Virus record (IMG/VR): IMGVR_UViG_3300021310_000002
Direction: 5' to 3' (one strand)
Source: a virus
Length of the DNA stretch: 64,000 nt
Shown here: positions 20,285-31,294 of the stretch, one piece after another
Layout of the letters: the number at the start of each line of letters is the position of its first letter
Position numbering within the stretch: position 1 is the first letter of the stretch
The notes under the pieces: generated by a model
Told to the model about the DNA's origin: nothing
What the model saw: only the letters and a program-made list of their open reading frames with translations
Databases searched by the model: none
Made by a program: the position numbers and the translations under genes

Positions 20285-23200
20285 GTTGGCTAAAAATAAT
20301 TGGGATATAGGACTTGGACTTCGATTAAAACAAAATGAAATAAAAAATATACAATCTAAAATTGATTCCATAGGACAGAATAAACCAATTACTTTGAAGA
20401 TTGATAATTCAGAAGCATTAAAACAAATTAATGCTGTAAAGAAACAAATCCAATCTTTGAGTAATATAAAAATTAATTTAGCAAATGTAAGTAGCAATGC
20501 AGAGATTAAGACACCTAAGATTGTTGATGGTAGCGACACACGTTACATTTATACTGTCACCGAAGCATATAAACAATTGGTCAATGTCCTTAATCAATTG
20601 AACAGTAAAGAAACTGATTTAAAAAAATTAGATATTAAGGCTAACCCTGAACAAATCAAAGTTTTAAAAAATCAGATAAAGGAGCTTAATACAGAAGCCG
20701 ATAAGCTTATAAATACATGGGCTAATAAGTTTACACTAATACAGAATAATAATATTGATAGGTTACTTGGGAATAGTAGCATGAAATCTAACCAATTGTC
20801 AGCGCAATTGGTAGATAAAGCAAATATTCAAGAAAGTGTAAATGCATACCAATCTTTACTTAATTTGCAAAATCAGATTTCTAGCAAAAAGATATCTATT
20901 GCTAAGTTAGATGATAGCACAAATAAAAATGAAATCACTGAACTTATATCTCAGTTAAATACATTAGAGCAACGATACGCTGAATTAAAAAATCAATTGT
21001 CAGGTAAATTAAGTATTGGTCAACTGCAAGAGCTTGACAATGTAGCTAAAGATACTGCAAATAAAATAGAAGTTTTAAATGCAAAAATGTCTGACTTAAA
21101 TTCTGTAAAAGCAACTAACGGAAACGTTAAAGAGCTACAGGCACAATTCCAAAGTTTAGTAAACACAGCTAAACAAATGGAAGGTCTTAAAATTAAAATT
21201 CAGGGTTTAGAAAATTCAGGTGGAAGTGCTAATCAAATAAGTCAGCTCAACACACAATTAAAAGATTTAGAGGCTACATTTACTAGCTTATATAATGGCT
21301 TCTATAATAATGCTGGATTCTTAGAGTTGGAGTCTAGCGGTGCTAAACTTAATTCGGTATTTGCTGATGCAGAAAATAAGTTAAAAGAGTTACAAGCTGT
21401 CTATGAAGATACCAGAGCAAGCTTTGCTAATAAAATACAGACGGATTTTGTTGGTAGTGGTAAGCTGAGTTTAGATATAAAAAAATTACAAACAGATTTT
21501 AAAAAACTTGGTATAGAAGATAATAAAGTTACTGATGGTATTCGTACATTACAAACATTATTATCGCAAATGGATAGTAGTGATAATGTTGAATCAGTGA
21601 TTACAGATTATGAAAAGTTTCAACAAGTATTAAAGACTACTCAGAATACGGTTAAAGAATTAACAATAAATGCATCGCAAGCTAGTAGTGCATTGGCATT
21701 AGATGCAAAAAAGGAAAAACTTAACCGAGACATTGAGTTATGGTTTAAAAATAATTCAGCACTTGCTAAACAGTTTGGTGCTGAAATGCTTAATATTAAG
21801 GCTCAGATACAATCAGCCGATGGCACTAAACTTAATGCATTACAAGCTCAATTAGATGCAGTTAAAGTCAAAGCACAATTGGCTGGTGGTAGCGCATTAA
21901 CTTTTGGAGATAGACTAAAAACACAGTTATCTAAATTAAGTATTTACTTTTCAGGTATTATGCTGATAACAAGGTCAGTACAAATTCTGAAAAATATGGT
22001 TAATAATGTTATTGACCTTGATACTTCATTAATTGATTTGAAGAAAACAACTACAGCAACTAATGAAGAATTAAAAGAATTTTACTTTAATGCGAATGAT
22101 ATTGGCAAAGAACTAGGCACTACAACTAAAGCAGTAGTTCAAGCTGCTGCGGATTGGTCTAGGCTTGGATATAACATTAAAGATGCGCAAGAAATGGCTA
22201 AAACGTCTTCTATCTTTGCAAGTATTTCTCCTAATGTGGATATTGAGAAAGCAACCGATGGATTAGTCAGTGCAATGAAGGCGTATAAAATAGAAGCCAG
22301 TGATGCTCTTGATGGTGTGGCTAGTAAAATAAATATTATTGGTAATACGCAAGCAGTTTCCAACGAGGATATAGTTGAGTTCTTAACACGTTCATCGTCT
22401 GCTATGGCAGTTGCTAATAATACACTTGACGAAACTATTGCATTAGGTACAGCAATTACAGAGATAACAAGAGATGCTGCTAATGCTGGTCAGGTAATGA
22501 AAACTGCATCCATGCGTATAAGGGGCTATGATGAAGAAACACAAGAACTTTCAGCTGATGTTCAAGTTCTCGTAGGTGACATAGCAAATCTTACTAAAAC
22601 CGCACAGCATCCTATCGGTGTTTCGATTTTTTCTGATGAAGCTAAAACACAATATAAATCTACTGTAGAAATTCTTAGAGAAATATCTAAAGTTTGGGAT
22701 GAATTAACAGACAAGCAACAGGCACAAGTCCTTGAAGCTCTTGGCGGTAAACGAGGCGGTCAAGCCCTTGCCGCAGCTATTGAGAACTTTAGTACTGTAG
22801 AAAAATCTTTAAACACTATGCAACATAGTGCTGGCAACGCTATGCAGGAAATGAGTGTTATTGAAGAATCGTTAGATTTCAAACTTAATAAACTCAAAGA
22901 GACTGGCGTTGGCGTAGCTCAAAATGTCTTCTCTGAAAAATCTGTTGGTGGTTGGATTACTGGTCTTACAAAAGCTCTTGAAGTTATAGATAAGTTAACT
23001 CAATCTGTAGGTGGACTTGGTACAGCTTTTACAGGCTTAATGGCTTATAAAGGTTTGAGAGGTCAAGCTATATTTGATATTTTTGGCACAGGCAAATCAA
23101 GTATAAAAGACATTAAGAATTTCTTTACACAGCCTATTCTTACTCAAAGCGCAATTAGTGCTGGTCTTACACAGGATAGCATTAAACCATTGCAACAATA

Positions 23201-26200
23201 TACTGCTTTAATTAATAGTGGAACACAAGCAACTGTAGCTTTTAGGCAAACTATGGTAGGTGCTTCTCCTGCTACTAGAGCTTACGCAAAAGAAATTGCT
23301 CGTGGTAATGTGCAACTTAATGAACTAACAACATCTTCTAAGGCAGCCGCTATAGGAATGAATTTACTAAACGCAGCTATGAATATTGGTGTTAGTTTAG
23401 CAATTTCTGCTGGTATCAGTCTTATATATAAGGCTATCAATACAGCAAAAGAAGCATATCAAACCGCAGACGAAGCTGCTAAAAAAGCTAAACAAAATGT
23501 TGAAAATGCTAAGGCTGAAAATCAACAGATTCAAGAATTAATCAATAAATACAAAGAATTAAAAGAAGCTGAAACACCTGATAATAAACAAGAAACTAGA
23601 CAAAAAATGTTAGAACTCCAAGAGGAGATTTCTAATATTATTGCAGGACAGTCTAATCTTTATCAAGAACAGTCTAAAAATATTGACTTAGTAAATGGTA
23701 GTTTAAAAGAACAGCTTGGTATTCTGCAAGATATTGAAAGTGTCAATATGTCTAAAGTGGTTGAAGAAGCTGAAAGTAGTTTTGAAGCAGCAACTTCAAA
23801 ACTAAATCAGTTTGTTTATCATAAAGGTAACTCAGTTTTTGGTGCATGGGATTCTGAAAAAAATGTAATTGAATTTGATGCCAAAGGATTAGTCAGTGAA
23901 AATTCAGCGCAAGGAAATAAAATAATTAATCAAGTCATGGAGAAGCTTGGAACTGGTAAAGCTACAAGTGAAAGTAATGATTTTGATACTTGGTATAAAA
24001 TTTCTTTTGACGAAGAAACCACATGGCAGCAAAGACTAGAAACATTAAATCAAATTGTTGATGCATTACGTTCATCAAGTGAATATAATACTTCCAAGAA
24101 CGCTGAGTTGTTTACTGAAATTAAAAAAGTTCGTGACGAAGTACAAGAAATAGTTACTGAACAGAATCAAAGTGCGCAAGAATTTTTGTCGTTATACACA
24201 CAATCTATTGCAAAGAATATTAATTTTAATGATGTAAATTCATACGACGATTATTTAATGCGTAGGAAAGGCATTATTGATAAATTATCATTAAACAAGA
24301 ATGTTGCTAATGCTTTAGATACAGGAGTTATTAATAAAGAAGATATCGTTAATACTGTAGACGATTATCTTTCTGGCATGGAAAGTATTGCGGATTATTA
24401 CGAAGAATGGATTAAGAGAAATACCAACAACTATAAGAATATGTCTGATGCTGAAAAGGCTTGGATATCTCAAACTAAAATAAACGCTAATTCTATTGCT
24501 AGTGTCTACAGAAGTACTTATAACGAAATTAAAGAAATTGAGGAAGATAGACCTCAGTTAACACTGTTTGATGTTAGTGAGTATACCGACAGTTTAAAAG
24601 ATGTTGATAAGGCAATGTCTTCTTTTGAGTCTGCTATTAAAAGCATTGATGATAACGAAATGCCTGATGCTGAGTTCTTTGGTAAATTCCCTGAGTTGGC
24701 TCAGTATGCCGATGATTTAACTTTACTTAGACAAAAAATATTTGAGCTAATGTCTTCTTATCCTGATGAAGTAATTCAAGAATTAAAGACATTAAAAGAG
24801 AATATTGATTTATCTAAGGAAAGTTTAGAAGAAGAATTTAAGTTGCTGAGTGTGGGTGGTACAGTTAATCTAGCTAATAGACCTGTTATAAACACAGAAG
24901 AACTTAAAAAGGCTGGTTGGAGCGATGTAGAAGGAGATGTTGCTACAGTTTATACAAGCGGTTATTCTAATGGCGAAACAGGTAAAAAAGCAATAGCAAT
25001 TAACTTTACTCCAATTGTCGTTGATGAAAACGGTAATTATATAGGTGTATTGTCTCCTGATGAATTAGAAGAATATGCACAAGGAGTTATCGCAGGAACA
25101 AGAACTGATGATTTGCATTTACAAATAGGTGCAAAATTTACAGGTAAAAAAGCAGTTGAAGAATCTGAGGCGGCAGCAGAAAATATACATAAGTTACAAG
25201 AATATTATTATGTATATAATGATAAGCAACGTCAACAAGAGTCACGGAAACAGAAGAAACAAATTGATGGACTTATCACTATGCTAGATAAGCTAGGACA
25301 TAAGGCTAAAGAAGTCAATGGTGTGCTTACAAATCTGTCTGTCGATGATTATATCAAATCAGAAGAAAATCATGTCCAGGGTATTATTGATAAACTTGAA
25401 GCAGAGAAAGATGCGCAGAATGAAATCCTTGATAGTTTAAAAGAACAAAAAGAACAACTTGAACAAATCATAAGCGATTATGAAAAGACTGCAAGTGCTG
25501 TTGAAAAATATATTGATAAAGCACAAATTAAACCTCTTGAAAAACAAAAGTCTGATGTTGAGGAATATTACAATACGCAGATTGAAAAGCTTAAAGAGGA
25601 AAACGAAGAACGTAACCGCAACATTGAGTTACAAGAAAAGCAAGATGCTCTTGCTAATGCTCGTAAGACAAGGGCTAGGGTATTCAGCGAAACTCAGGGT
25701 TGGCATTATGAAAATAATGTTACTGCTGTTAAACAGGCAGAAAAAGACCTTGCTGAATATCAAAATTCAATGGCAATTGAAAATCTTGAAAAAGCAAGAG
25801 ATGCAGAAGTTAAAGGTATTGAAGAACAGATTAAATCTTGGGAAGAATACAAAGAAGCTTGGAAAGAACAAGTTGAACAAATTACTGAGACTGACGAAGA
25901 ATTAATCGCAAGTAAAATTCTTGGTGCTGATTGGCAAGAGAAAATATCTGAACAAAGTATTGATGTGATGAATAATTATGGTGCAGAATATGCATCATAT
26001 AATAATCAATTAAAGAATCATGTCAACGTTGAAATTTCTAATGTAGAAAAAGCCATTAAAGAACGAGAAAAAGAAATTAATGGTTGGAAAAACTATAAGA
26101 CTCAATTGTCAAAAACTCAATCTGATATTGCTCAATCCAATAAAGATTATTTAGATGATTTACATTCATTTATGTTGGATGAAAAGTCTTCATTTGAAGA

Positions 26201-26708
26201 TAGAATCAAATATATGGAAGAATATCTTGATAATCTTAAAAAATTAAATCAGTCTGCAAATGATGAAGAAAGTTTCTTTGAACAATTATCTAATGGCAAA
26301 ATGCCAAAAAGTTTTGATGAATCTAATGATGATGATAATTCTTCGAGTTGGTTTCATAGTAAGGTTAAACGCTATGCATCAGGTGGCGTTAACACACAAC
26401 AGGGAATTAGTTGGTTAGATGGTACTGATAACTCTCCCGAAGTTGTATTTAATTCTTCGCAAGCACAACGTCTGTATGATATTGTTCGTAATGGTAACTT
26501 TGGCGATATGATTAAAAATAATATTTTATCAAGTATAAAACAGTCATATGGTCAAACACAACCAACAGTTACGAACATATCTGCTAACAATGAAATCAAC
26601 CTTTCATTCCCTAATGCGGTTATTAACGCAAAGGACTATGACACGTTCAAAGGCTTCATGGACAGATATACAAATGACTTACTGTTAAAAATGCAAGTAG
26701 GTCTATAA
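20274..26708 (+). CDS. Tail tape measure protein
   Basis: 2144 aa coiled coil; TP901-type TMP core (DWSRLGY...SMRIRG); C-terminal YASGG..PEVV. Confidence 0.92.
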   Translation: MVIELAKNNWDIGLGLRLKQNEIKNIQSKIDSIGQNKPITLKIDNSEALKQINAVKKQIQSLSNIKINLANVSSNAEIKTPKIVDGSDTRYIYTVTEAYKQLVNVLNQLNSKETDLKKLDIKANPEQIKVLKNQIKELNTEADKLINTWANKFTLIQNNNIDRLLGNSSMKSNQLSAQLVDKANIQESVNAYQSLLNLQNQISSKKISIAKLDDSTNKNEITELISQLNTLEQRYAELKNQLSGKLSIGQLQELDNVAKDTANKIEVLNAKMSDLNSVKATNGNVKELQAQFQSLVNTAKQMEGLKIKIQGLENSGGSANQISQLNTQLKDLEATFTSLYNGFYNNAGFLELESSGAKLNSVFADAENKLKELQAVYEDTRASFANKIQTDFVGSGKLSLDIKKLQTDFKKLGIEDNKVTDGIRTLQTLLSQMDSSDNVESVITDYEKFQQVLKTTQNTVKELTINASQASSALALDAKKEKLNRDIELWFKNNSALAKQFGAEMLNIKAQIQSADGTKLNALQAQLDAVKVKAQLAGGSALTFGDRLKTQLSKLSIYFSGIMLITRSVQILKNMVNNVIDLDTSLIDLKKTTTATNEELKEFYFNANDIGKELGTTTKAVVQAAADWSRLGYNIKDAQEMAKTSSIFASISPNVDIEKATDGLVSAMKAYKIEASDALDGVASKINIIGNTQAVSNEDIVEFLTRSSSAMAVANNTLDETIALGTAITEITRDAANAGQVMKTASMRIRGYDEETQELSADVQVLVGDIANLTKTAQHPIGVSIFSDEAKTQYKSTVEILREISKVWDELTDKQQAQVLEALGGKRGGQALAAAIENFSTVEKSLNTMQHSAGNAMQEMSVIEESLDFKLNKLKETGVGVAQNVFSEKSVGGWITGLTKALEVIDKLTQSVGGLGTAFTGLMAYKGLRGQAIFDIFGTGKSSIKDIKNFFTQPILTQSAISAGLTQDSIKPLQQYTALINSGTQATVAFRQTMVGASPATRAYAKEIARGNVQLNELTTSSKAAAIGMNLLNAAMNIGVSLAISAGISLIYKAINTAKEAYQTADEAAKKAKQNVENAKAENQQIQELINKYKELKEAETPDNKQETRQKMLELQEEISNIIAGQSNLYQEQSKNIDLVNGSLKEQLGILQDIESVNMSKVVEEAESSFEAATSKLNQFVYHKGNSVFGAWDSEKNVIEFDAKGLVSENSAQGNKIINQVMEKLGTGKATSESNDFDTWYKISFDEETTWQQRLETLNQIVDALRSSSEYNTSKNAELFTEIKKVRDEVQEIVTEQNQSAQEFLSLYTQSIAKNINFNDVNSYDDYLMRRKGIIDKLSLNKNVANALDTGVINKEDIVNTVDDYLSGMESIADYYEEWIKRNTNNYKNMSDAEKAWISQTKINANSIASVYRSTYNEIKEIEEDRPQLTLFDVSEYTDSLKDVDKAMSSFESAIKSIDDNEMPDAEFFGKFPELAQYADDLTLLRQKIFELMSSYPDEVIQELKTLKENIDLSKESLEEEFKLLSVGGTVNLANRPVINTEELKKAGWSDVEGDVATVYTSGYSNGETGKKAIAINFTPIVVDENGNYIGVLSPDELEEYAQGVIAGTRTDDLHLQIGAKFTGKKAVEESEAAAENIHKLQEYYYVYNDKQRQQESRKQKKQIDGLITMLDKLGHKAKEVNGVLTNLSVDDYIKSEENHVQGIIDKLEAEKDAQNEILDSLKEQKEQLEQIISDYEKTASAVEKYIDKAQIKPLEKQKSDVEEYYNTQIEKLKEENEERNRNIELQEKQDALANARKTRARVFSETQGWHYENNVTAVKQAEKDLAEYQNSMAIENLEKARDAEVKGIEEQIKSWEEYKEAWKEQVEQITETDEELIASKILGADWQEKISEQSIDVMNNYGAEYASYNNQLKNHVNVEISNVEKAIKEREKEINGWKNYKTQLSKTQSDIAQSNKDYLDDLHSFMLDEKSSFEDRIKYMEEYLDNLKKLNQSANDEESFFEQLSNGKMPKSFDESNDDDNSSSWFHSKVKRYASGGVNTQQGISWLDGTDNSPEVVFNSSQAQRLYDIVRNGNFGDMIKNNILSSIKQSYGQTQPTVTNISANNEINLSFPNAVINAKDYDTFKGFMDRYTNDLLLKMQVGL

Positions 26709-26718
26709 GATTTATTAT

Positions 26719-26750
26719 GAGTGCTATCAGCAATGATAGCACTCTTTATT
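26719..26750 (+). terminator. Intrinsic terminator-like hairpin
   Basis: GAGTGCTATC-AGCAAT-GATAGCACTC followed by TTTATT. Confidence 0.65.
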
Positions 26751-26771
26751 ATATATGAAAGAGGTGAGAGA

Positions 26772-28979
26772 ATGTTACAGACACCAATTAATGTTGAACC
26801 TAGCGGTGGCAGAGTAAAAACTGTTGGAGATACTATTAGTATGGGTTTTACTTTTCAGGGAGATTTGCTGACTTTTGTACAAGGACAAGTTCGTGACATG
26901 GAAGACAACGGTGGTTCAACCCTAGGTACGCTGAATTATGTTATGCCGCAAGGTGGTCATTTAAGCGTTATTCACAATGGGCAACGAGTTGGGTATGTCG
27001 ATTCCGATGGTTGGATGGCAGCAAGATTAGTTCCAGGTCATAACTATAAACACTTTTTTAGATTATTTCAGCATTATCCCGAAGGTATGAGGTCAGGCAG
27101 TACATCTATTGCGGGTAGACCTATGCCTGATATGTACTATGCTCGTGGAAAAATTTATCAAAAAAGTTACGGAGCGTATAACAACAAGTCAGAATATAAA
27201 CGTGGTGATGTATGTACAAATAGCGGTAATACTTATGCTTGTAATACAAACATTACCAAAAATGAAGATGATGAATATAATTCAGATGGTTCAAGTTTTA
27301 ACGCTTCACACTGGACGAGAGTTTATAGTAATCAAACAGTAATTGAACCAGACCTTGAAAATATTAAAGAACCATTTTATTATGGTTGGGACACGACAGA
27401 AGAAGGAACTACAACGCACCATGAAATATTACTAGGTGCTATATATATGGATATTATGTATGAACGACATATGATATCTGCTTATGATAAAACTACTGGT
27501 ATTGTTTCTTTTCAGAAAGTCACATTTAATCCCAACACTCAGGGGTATACTGCACAAGAAGTGACTAGGATTCAAGACGATACGTTGTCTAGTGGTAGTT
27601 ATTTTAAGATAGATAAACACAATGCATATAAGATGTATGTTAACTATTTGGAAACAGGTTGGTACGATTTCAAGTGGAGAAATAAACCAACTGTAACAAC
27701 TACCGTTGAATTAAGTGCTGACAGAGAAACCGCAAGTCGTGCTGAGAAAGATGCTTTAGGGGTTGGCTTTAACTGCGAAGGAACTTATGCACATTCAGAA
27801 GCCGTTGGCTTAAAATGGTATCAGTATCAATTATATGCTCTTGACATAGATGCTTACTCAACTACTCGCAATTACACAGCGGGAGACAAAGTTATTTATA
27901 ATGGTAAAGCGTATTATTGTAGGTCTGCTACAAGCGGAACGTTTAATCCTAGTAAATGGACTGAAACCAATATACAATCTAGCGGTGAATTAATTGAAGA
28001 AACTGATAGAATATTTAGCTATGACCTACAAGCAGGATTTCCAGTACATCCGTTTACTTATGGACATTATGTCAAATTGAATATAGCCACACAAGATGAC
28101 GATATGGCAAATACCATTTATGCTGTTGGCAGAGCAGAGGAAGACCCAGAACATGGATATGATGACATTGAGTTCACCCCAGTATCAATTAACGACCAAC
28201 CTTTTATTGTAAATGACCAATCTAACGATATAACAATACGTGATTCTAAAATTACATTAAATTGGGAAACCAATGCGATGTATACATTCGGCATATTCAG
28301 GCGAGAGGTATATAGAGATGGCACAGTTGCTCGTTTTGCACATTTTTTAGGCAATGCTAAACAAAGTTATATACATCATGGTATGTATGGATTTAGATTT
28401 ATTGACTATTCAGCAGCTAACAATTCTACGTATCAGTATGAGATAGTAGTTAAAGATGATAGAACTGGCACTAATTATGGTGCGCCATGCTGTGCGGTAT
28501 ATGTTTATAATGTTCATACTAAATGGGAAGGTTGGAGAATTATTGGATTAACACCCAAAGAAGATAAAGTCAACCGCCACTATATGGAAGTTGGAGATGA
28601 ATGGAAATTTATTTCCGAAATTGACAGTGGTGATATTACACGTAATATTACTTCTGCACTACACGTTGGAACATCGGCTTACGCAAAGACCACAAGGAAT
28701 AACACGAAGTACGAAAGCGGTTCATTTACTGCTAATTTACTATCGGTGTCTTGTCCTGATAATCAAGTAGTTGATGATATTGAACGTGTCAATAAGTGGA
28801 TGGATTTTATATGTGGCGATAATCCATTCTTACTGAAATCGGATAAAGGAGATGTGTGGGTGGTAAGTATTGTAAACAGTCCATCAAGACAGTACAACGA
28901 AACTTATGACCCGATATTTACAAAGGTTCGTTATGAATGGGCAGAAAGTAAAAATAAAAATAAGTGTGTATTCTATTAA
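26772..28979 (+). CDS. Distal tail/baseplate protein with two CBM5/12-like inserts
   Basis: Follows TMP; two YxxGDxV..Y.C...W repeats; FN3-like YQYEI. Confidence 0.6.
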   Translation: MLQTPINVEPSGGRVKTVGDTISMGFTFQGDLLTFVQGQVRDMEDNGGSTLGTLNYVMPQGGHLSVIHNGQRVGYVDSDGWMAARLVPGHNYKHFFRLFQHYPEGMRSGSTSIAGRPMPDMYYARGKIYQKSYGAYNNKSEYKRGDVCTNSGNTYACNTNITKNEDDEYNSDGSSFNASHWTRVYSNQTVIEPDLENIKEPFYYGWDTTEEGTTTHHEILLGAIYMDIMYERHMISAYDKTTGIVSFQKVTFNPNTQGYTAQEVTRIQDDTLSSGSYFKIDKHNAYKMYVNYLETGWYDFKWRNKPTVTTTVELSADRETASRAEKDALGVGFNCEGTYAHSEAVGLKWYQYQLYALDIDAYSTTRNYTAGDKVIYNGKAYYCRSATSGTFNPSKWTETNIQSSGELIEETDRIFSYDLQAGFPVHPFTYGHYVKLNIATQDDDMANTIYAVGRAEEDPEHGYDDIEFTPVSINDQPFIVNDQSNDITIRDSKITLNWETNAMYTFGIFRREVYRDGTVARFAHFLGNAKQSYIHHGMYGFRFIDYSAANNSTYQYEIVVKDDRTGTNYGAPCCAVYVYNVHTKWEGWRIIGLTPKEDKVNRHYMEVGDEWKFISEIDSGDITRNITSALHVGTSAYAKTTRNNTKYESGSFTANLLSVSCPDNQVVDDIERVNKWMDFICGDNPFLLKSDKGDVWVVSIVNSPSRQYNETYDPIFTKVRYEWAESKNKNKCVFY

Positions 28980-28994
28980 TTGGAGGTGAGAACA

Positions 28995-30287
28995 TTGGCT
29001 GAATATTATAATCTAACTGACGATAGGTATAACTGGTTAATTCAACAGCCAGTTGTTACTCATTGTTTTAAATGTGAAATTCTTGACCACAATGAAAGGT
29101 CTTATGGCGAGATTATTAGAGATGTGTCTGATGATGAATACTACACTATTAATATAAACAATCAACAGGGTATGAGGCGAACTTGTACCCTGACTATGAT
29201 TGACGTTGACAAGAAATATTTGCCAACAATCAATCACCCATTTTGGTACAATAAGAAATTCAAGCTGTACACAGGTGTGCAAGACTATGACAGAGGTGAT
29301 ACGTATTGGTTTGCACAAGGAGTGTTTATATGTTCTAATGCCTCGGCACAAAGATATATGTTAACTATTAATGGTGTTGATAAATTTGGATTCCTTGATG
29401 GTACTCTTAATACTCATATGATACAGGAAACATACAAGGTTGAAGCTGGTAGTTCAATTGGTGAGGTTATCAGGTGTACGCTTATGCTTGACCTCGGTAA
29501 TGGATTACCCATTGACCCGATATTACCGTTGATAGACCCATCGTTTGAACAGATAAAAACCATTAATGATATAACGCTTGACCCAGGCACATATCTTGGT
29601 GAGATATTTATACAGCTTGCAAGTATGCTAGGTGCTGACGTTTATTATGATGTTAATGGCAGAATGGTTGTACGTAGAATATTTAACGATGATATACCAT
29701 TCTTTTATATTTATAAGGGCGCACAATGGCATTTTGATGATTTGAAATCGGGGTATATTGAACCATCTACCAACTATGAAATGGATGGCTGTAACTATAT
29801 TATGGTAGCTACAGATAACACCGAGGGCGAGGTTTATAGCTATACAGCGATTAACGATAATCCTCATAGCCCTATTGCAATTTCCCACGTTGGTTATCGT
29901 GGTAATAAAGATAATCCTATTACATACATTCCTGTTGGTGATACAACAGACAAAGAAGTCATGATAGATAGGTGCAGACAACACGCTGAATATTTGTTGT
30001 TGCAGAAAACTTGTATGACTTTAGCGGTGTCGTTTACTGCGCCATTAATTCCACATTTAGATGTTGAGGAAGTTATAACAATAACTGATTCTTATTTTGA
30101 ATATGATAAGTCGCCATTCTTGATACAGTCCATTACAATCAGTGGCATACAAGCTATGCAGATTTCAGTAGTTAATGTTCAGTGGTTGCCTACTGATATA
30201 GAAGCATCTATGGCAATCGAGATTGAAGAAGATGTTGAACCTGAACCTGAGCCAGACCCAGATAGCGGAAACGGAGGTGGAGATTAA
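28995..30287 (+). CDS. Baseplate hub/tail protein
   Basis: YYDVNG, IPHLDV motifs typical of hub proteins; synteny. Confidence 0.65.
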   Translation: MAEYYNLTDDRYNWLIQQPVVTHCFKCEILDHNERSYGEIIRDVSDDEYYTININNQQGMRRTCTLTMIDVDKKYLPTINHPFWYNKKFKLYTGVQDYDRGDTYWFAQGVFICSNASAQRYMLTINGVDKFGFLDGTLNTHMIQETYKVEAGSSIGEVIRCTLMLDLGNGLPIDPILPLIDPSFEQIKTINDITLDPGTYLGEIFIQLASMLGADVYYDVNGRMVVRRIFNDDIPFFYIYKGAQWHFDDLKSGYIEPSTNYEMDGCNYIMVATDNTEGEVYSYTAINDNPHSPIAISHVGYRGNKDNPITYIPVGDTTDKEVMIDRCRQHAEYLLLQKTCMTLAVSFTAPLIPHLDVEEVITITDSYFEYDKSPFLIQSITISGIQAMQISVVNVQWLPTDIEASMAIEIEEDVEPEPEPDPDSGNGGGD

Positions 30288-30289
30288 CA

Positions 30290-31282
30290 ATGGAAAATTG
30301 GGAAAAGATTATCAAGGGATATTCACAAACATCTGATAACTCAACAGTTAAACTTATAGATGCCGTTGTCATCTCCGTAGCTTCTCAATTCGTTGCGGCT
30401 GATGTAAAACTTGTCACAGGGCAAATAATTGAAAAAGTACCAAATGCTTCTGGTAACAAATTGTTTATTGGTCAGAATGTAAAAGTAGGTTACAGGACTA
30501 CGCCCAGTGCGGGTTGGATTGACATTACAAGCGGTAAACCTAATCCGTTAAGACTGGTTGGTTATGATGTTGAAACTGCGGCGGTATTTGATATCAATAA
30601 TATTCATCAGTGGACAGCGGAACAAGAAATGATATGCGATATTAATGCCAATACAAAACTTATGTATGGTGGACATCCAAGGTTAGTTTCATTACAGGGC
30701 AATACTTGCCGATTTGCTAGTGCGCCTATCACAATAGATGACACTATGAATTTTGGTAATCATTTAGAGTTTGATAGTTTATGGCGAGATAGTGCGGATA
30801 GCCCATTTATTGAATGTCATCATACCGTAGATTTATTTGTAAATGAAATGACTTATTCCGCAGCAACTAGCAGTGCCGCAGAATATTATAATTATGCTAT
30901 GGTAATGGATAGAAAAAGATACAATAAAAATACAGGAGAATTATTGTATTCAAGTAGAATAAGCAGTTCGGCAAATTTTCGTACTCCAACTGATGTATTT
31001 ATAATTCCGTATTTTAATAGTATATCTTTCGCACCTGACTACGATGGACAGTCTACACCATATGGATATGTTAAGCATAACAATCTCTATTTATTATTTG
31101 GTGCTATTGATGTACGTGACCTAAGTGTTATACGTACCACAAAAGGTCAGAATGGTTCATATTCGGTAAACATAAACCTTGTTGGACATGGCGGCAACAA
31201 TAGTTATAGTTGTATTCCTTTGAACAGTTTCGCAGAAAAATGCTTTGACCTTGCTGTAACCAAACGCACAGTACCAAGTTAG
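30290..31282 (+). CDS. Tail tip/spike-like protein, paralog A
   Basis: OB-like N-terminus; strongly similar to the next ORF. Confidence 0.55.
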   Translation: MENWEKIIKGYSQTSDNSTVKLIDAVVISVASQFVAADVKLVTGQIIEKVPNASGNKLFIGQNVKVGYRTTPSAGWIDITSGKPNPLRLVGYDVETAAVFDINNIHQWTAEQEMICDINANTKLMYGGHPRLVSLQGNTCRFASAPITIDDTMNFGNHLEFDSLWRDSADSPFIECHHTVDLFVNEMTYSAATSSAAEYYNYAMVMDRKRYNKNTGELLYSSRISSSANFRTPTDVFIIPYFNSISFAPDYDGQSTPYGYVKHNNLYLLFGAIDVRDLSVIRTTKGQNGSYSVNINLVGHGGNNSYSCIPLNSFAEKCFDLAVTKRTVPS

Positions 31283-31294
31283 GCGGTGTTTAAT

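Noticed and set aside
30238..30262. PEPEPDPD short repeat
   Set aside because: In-frame low-complexity protein tail; not a switch
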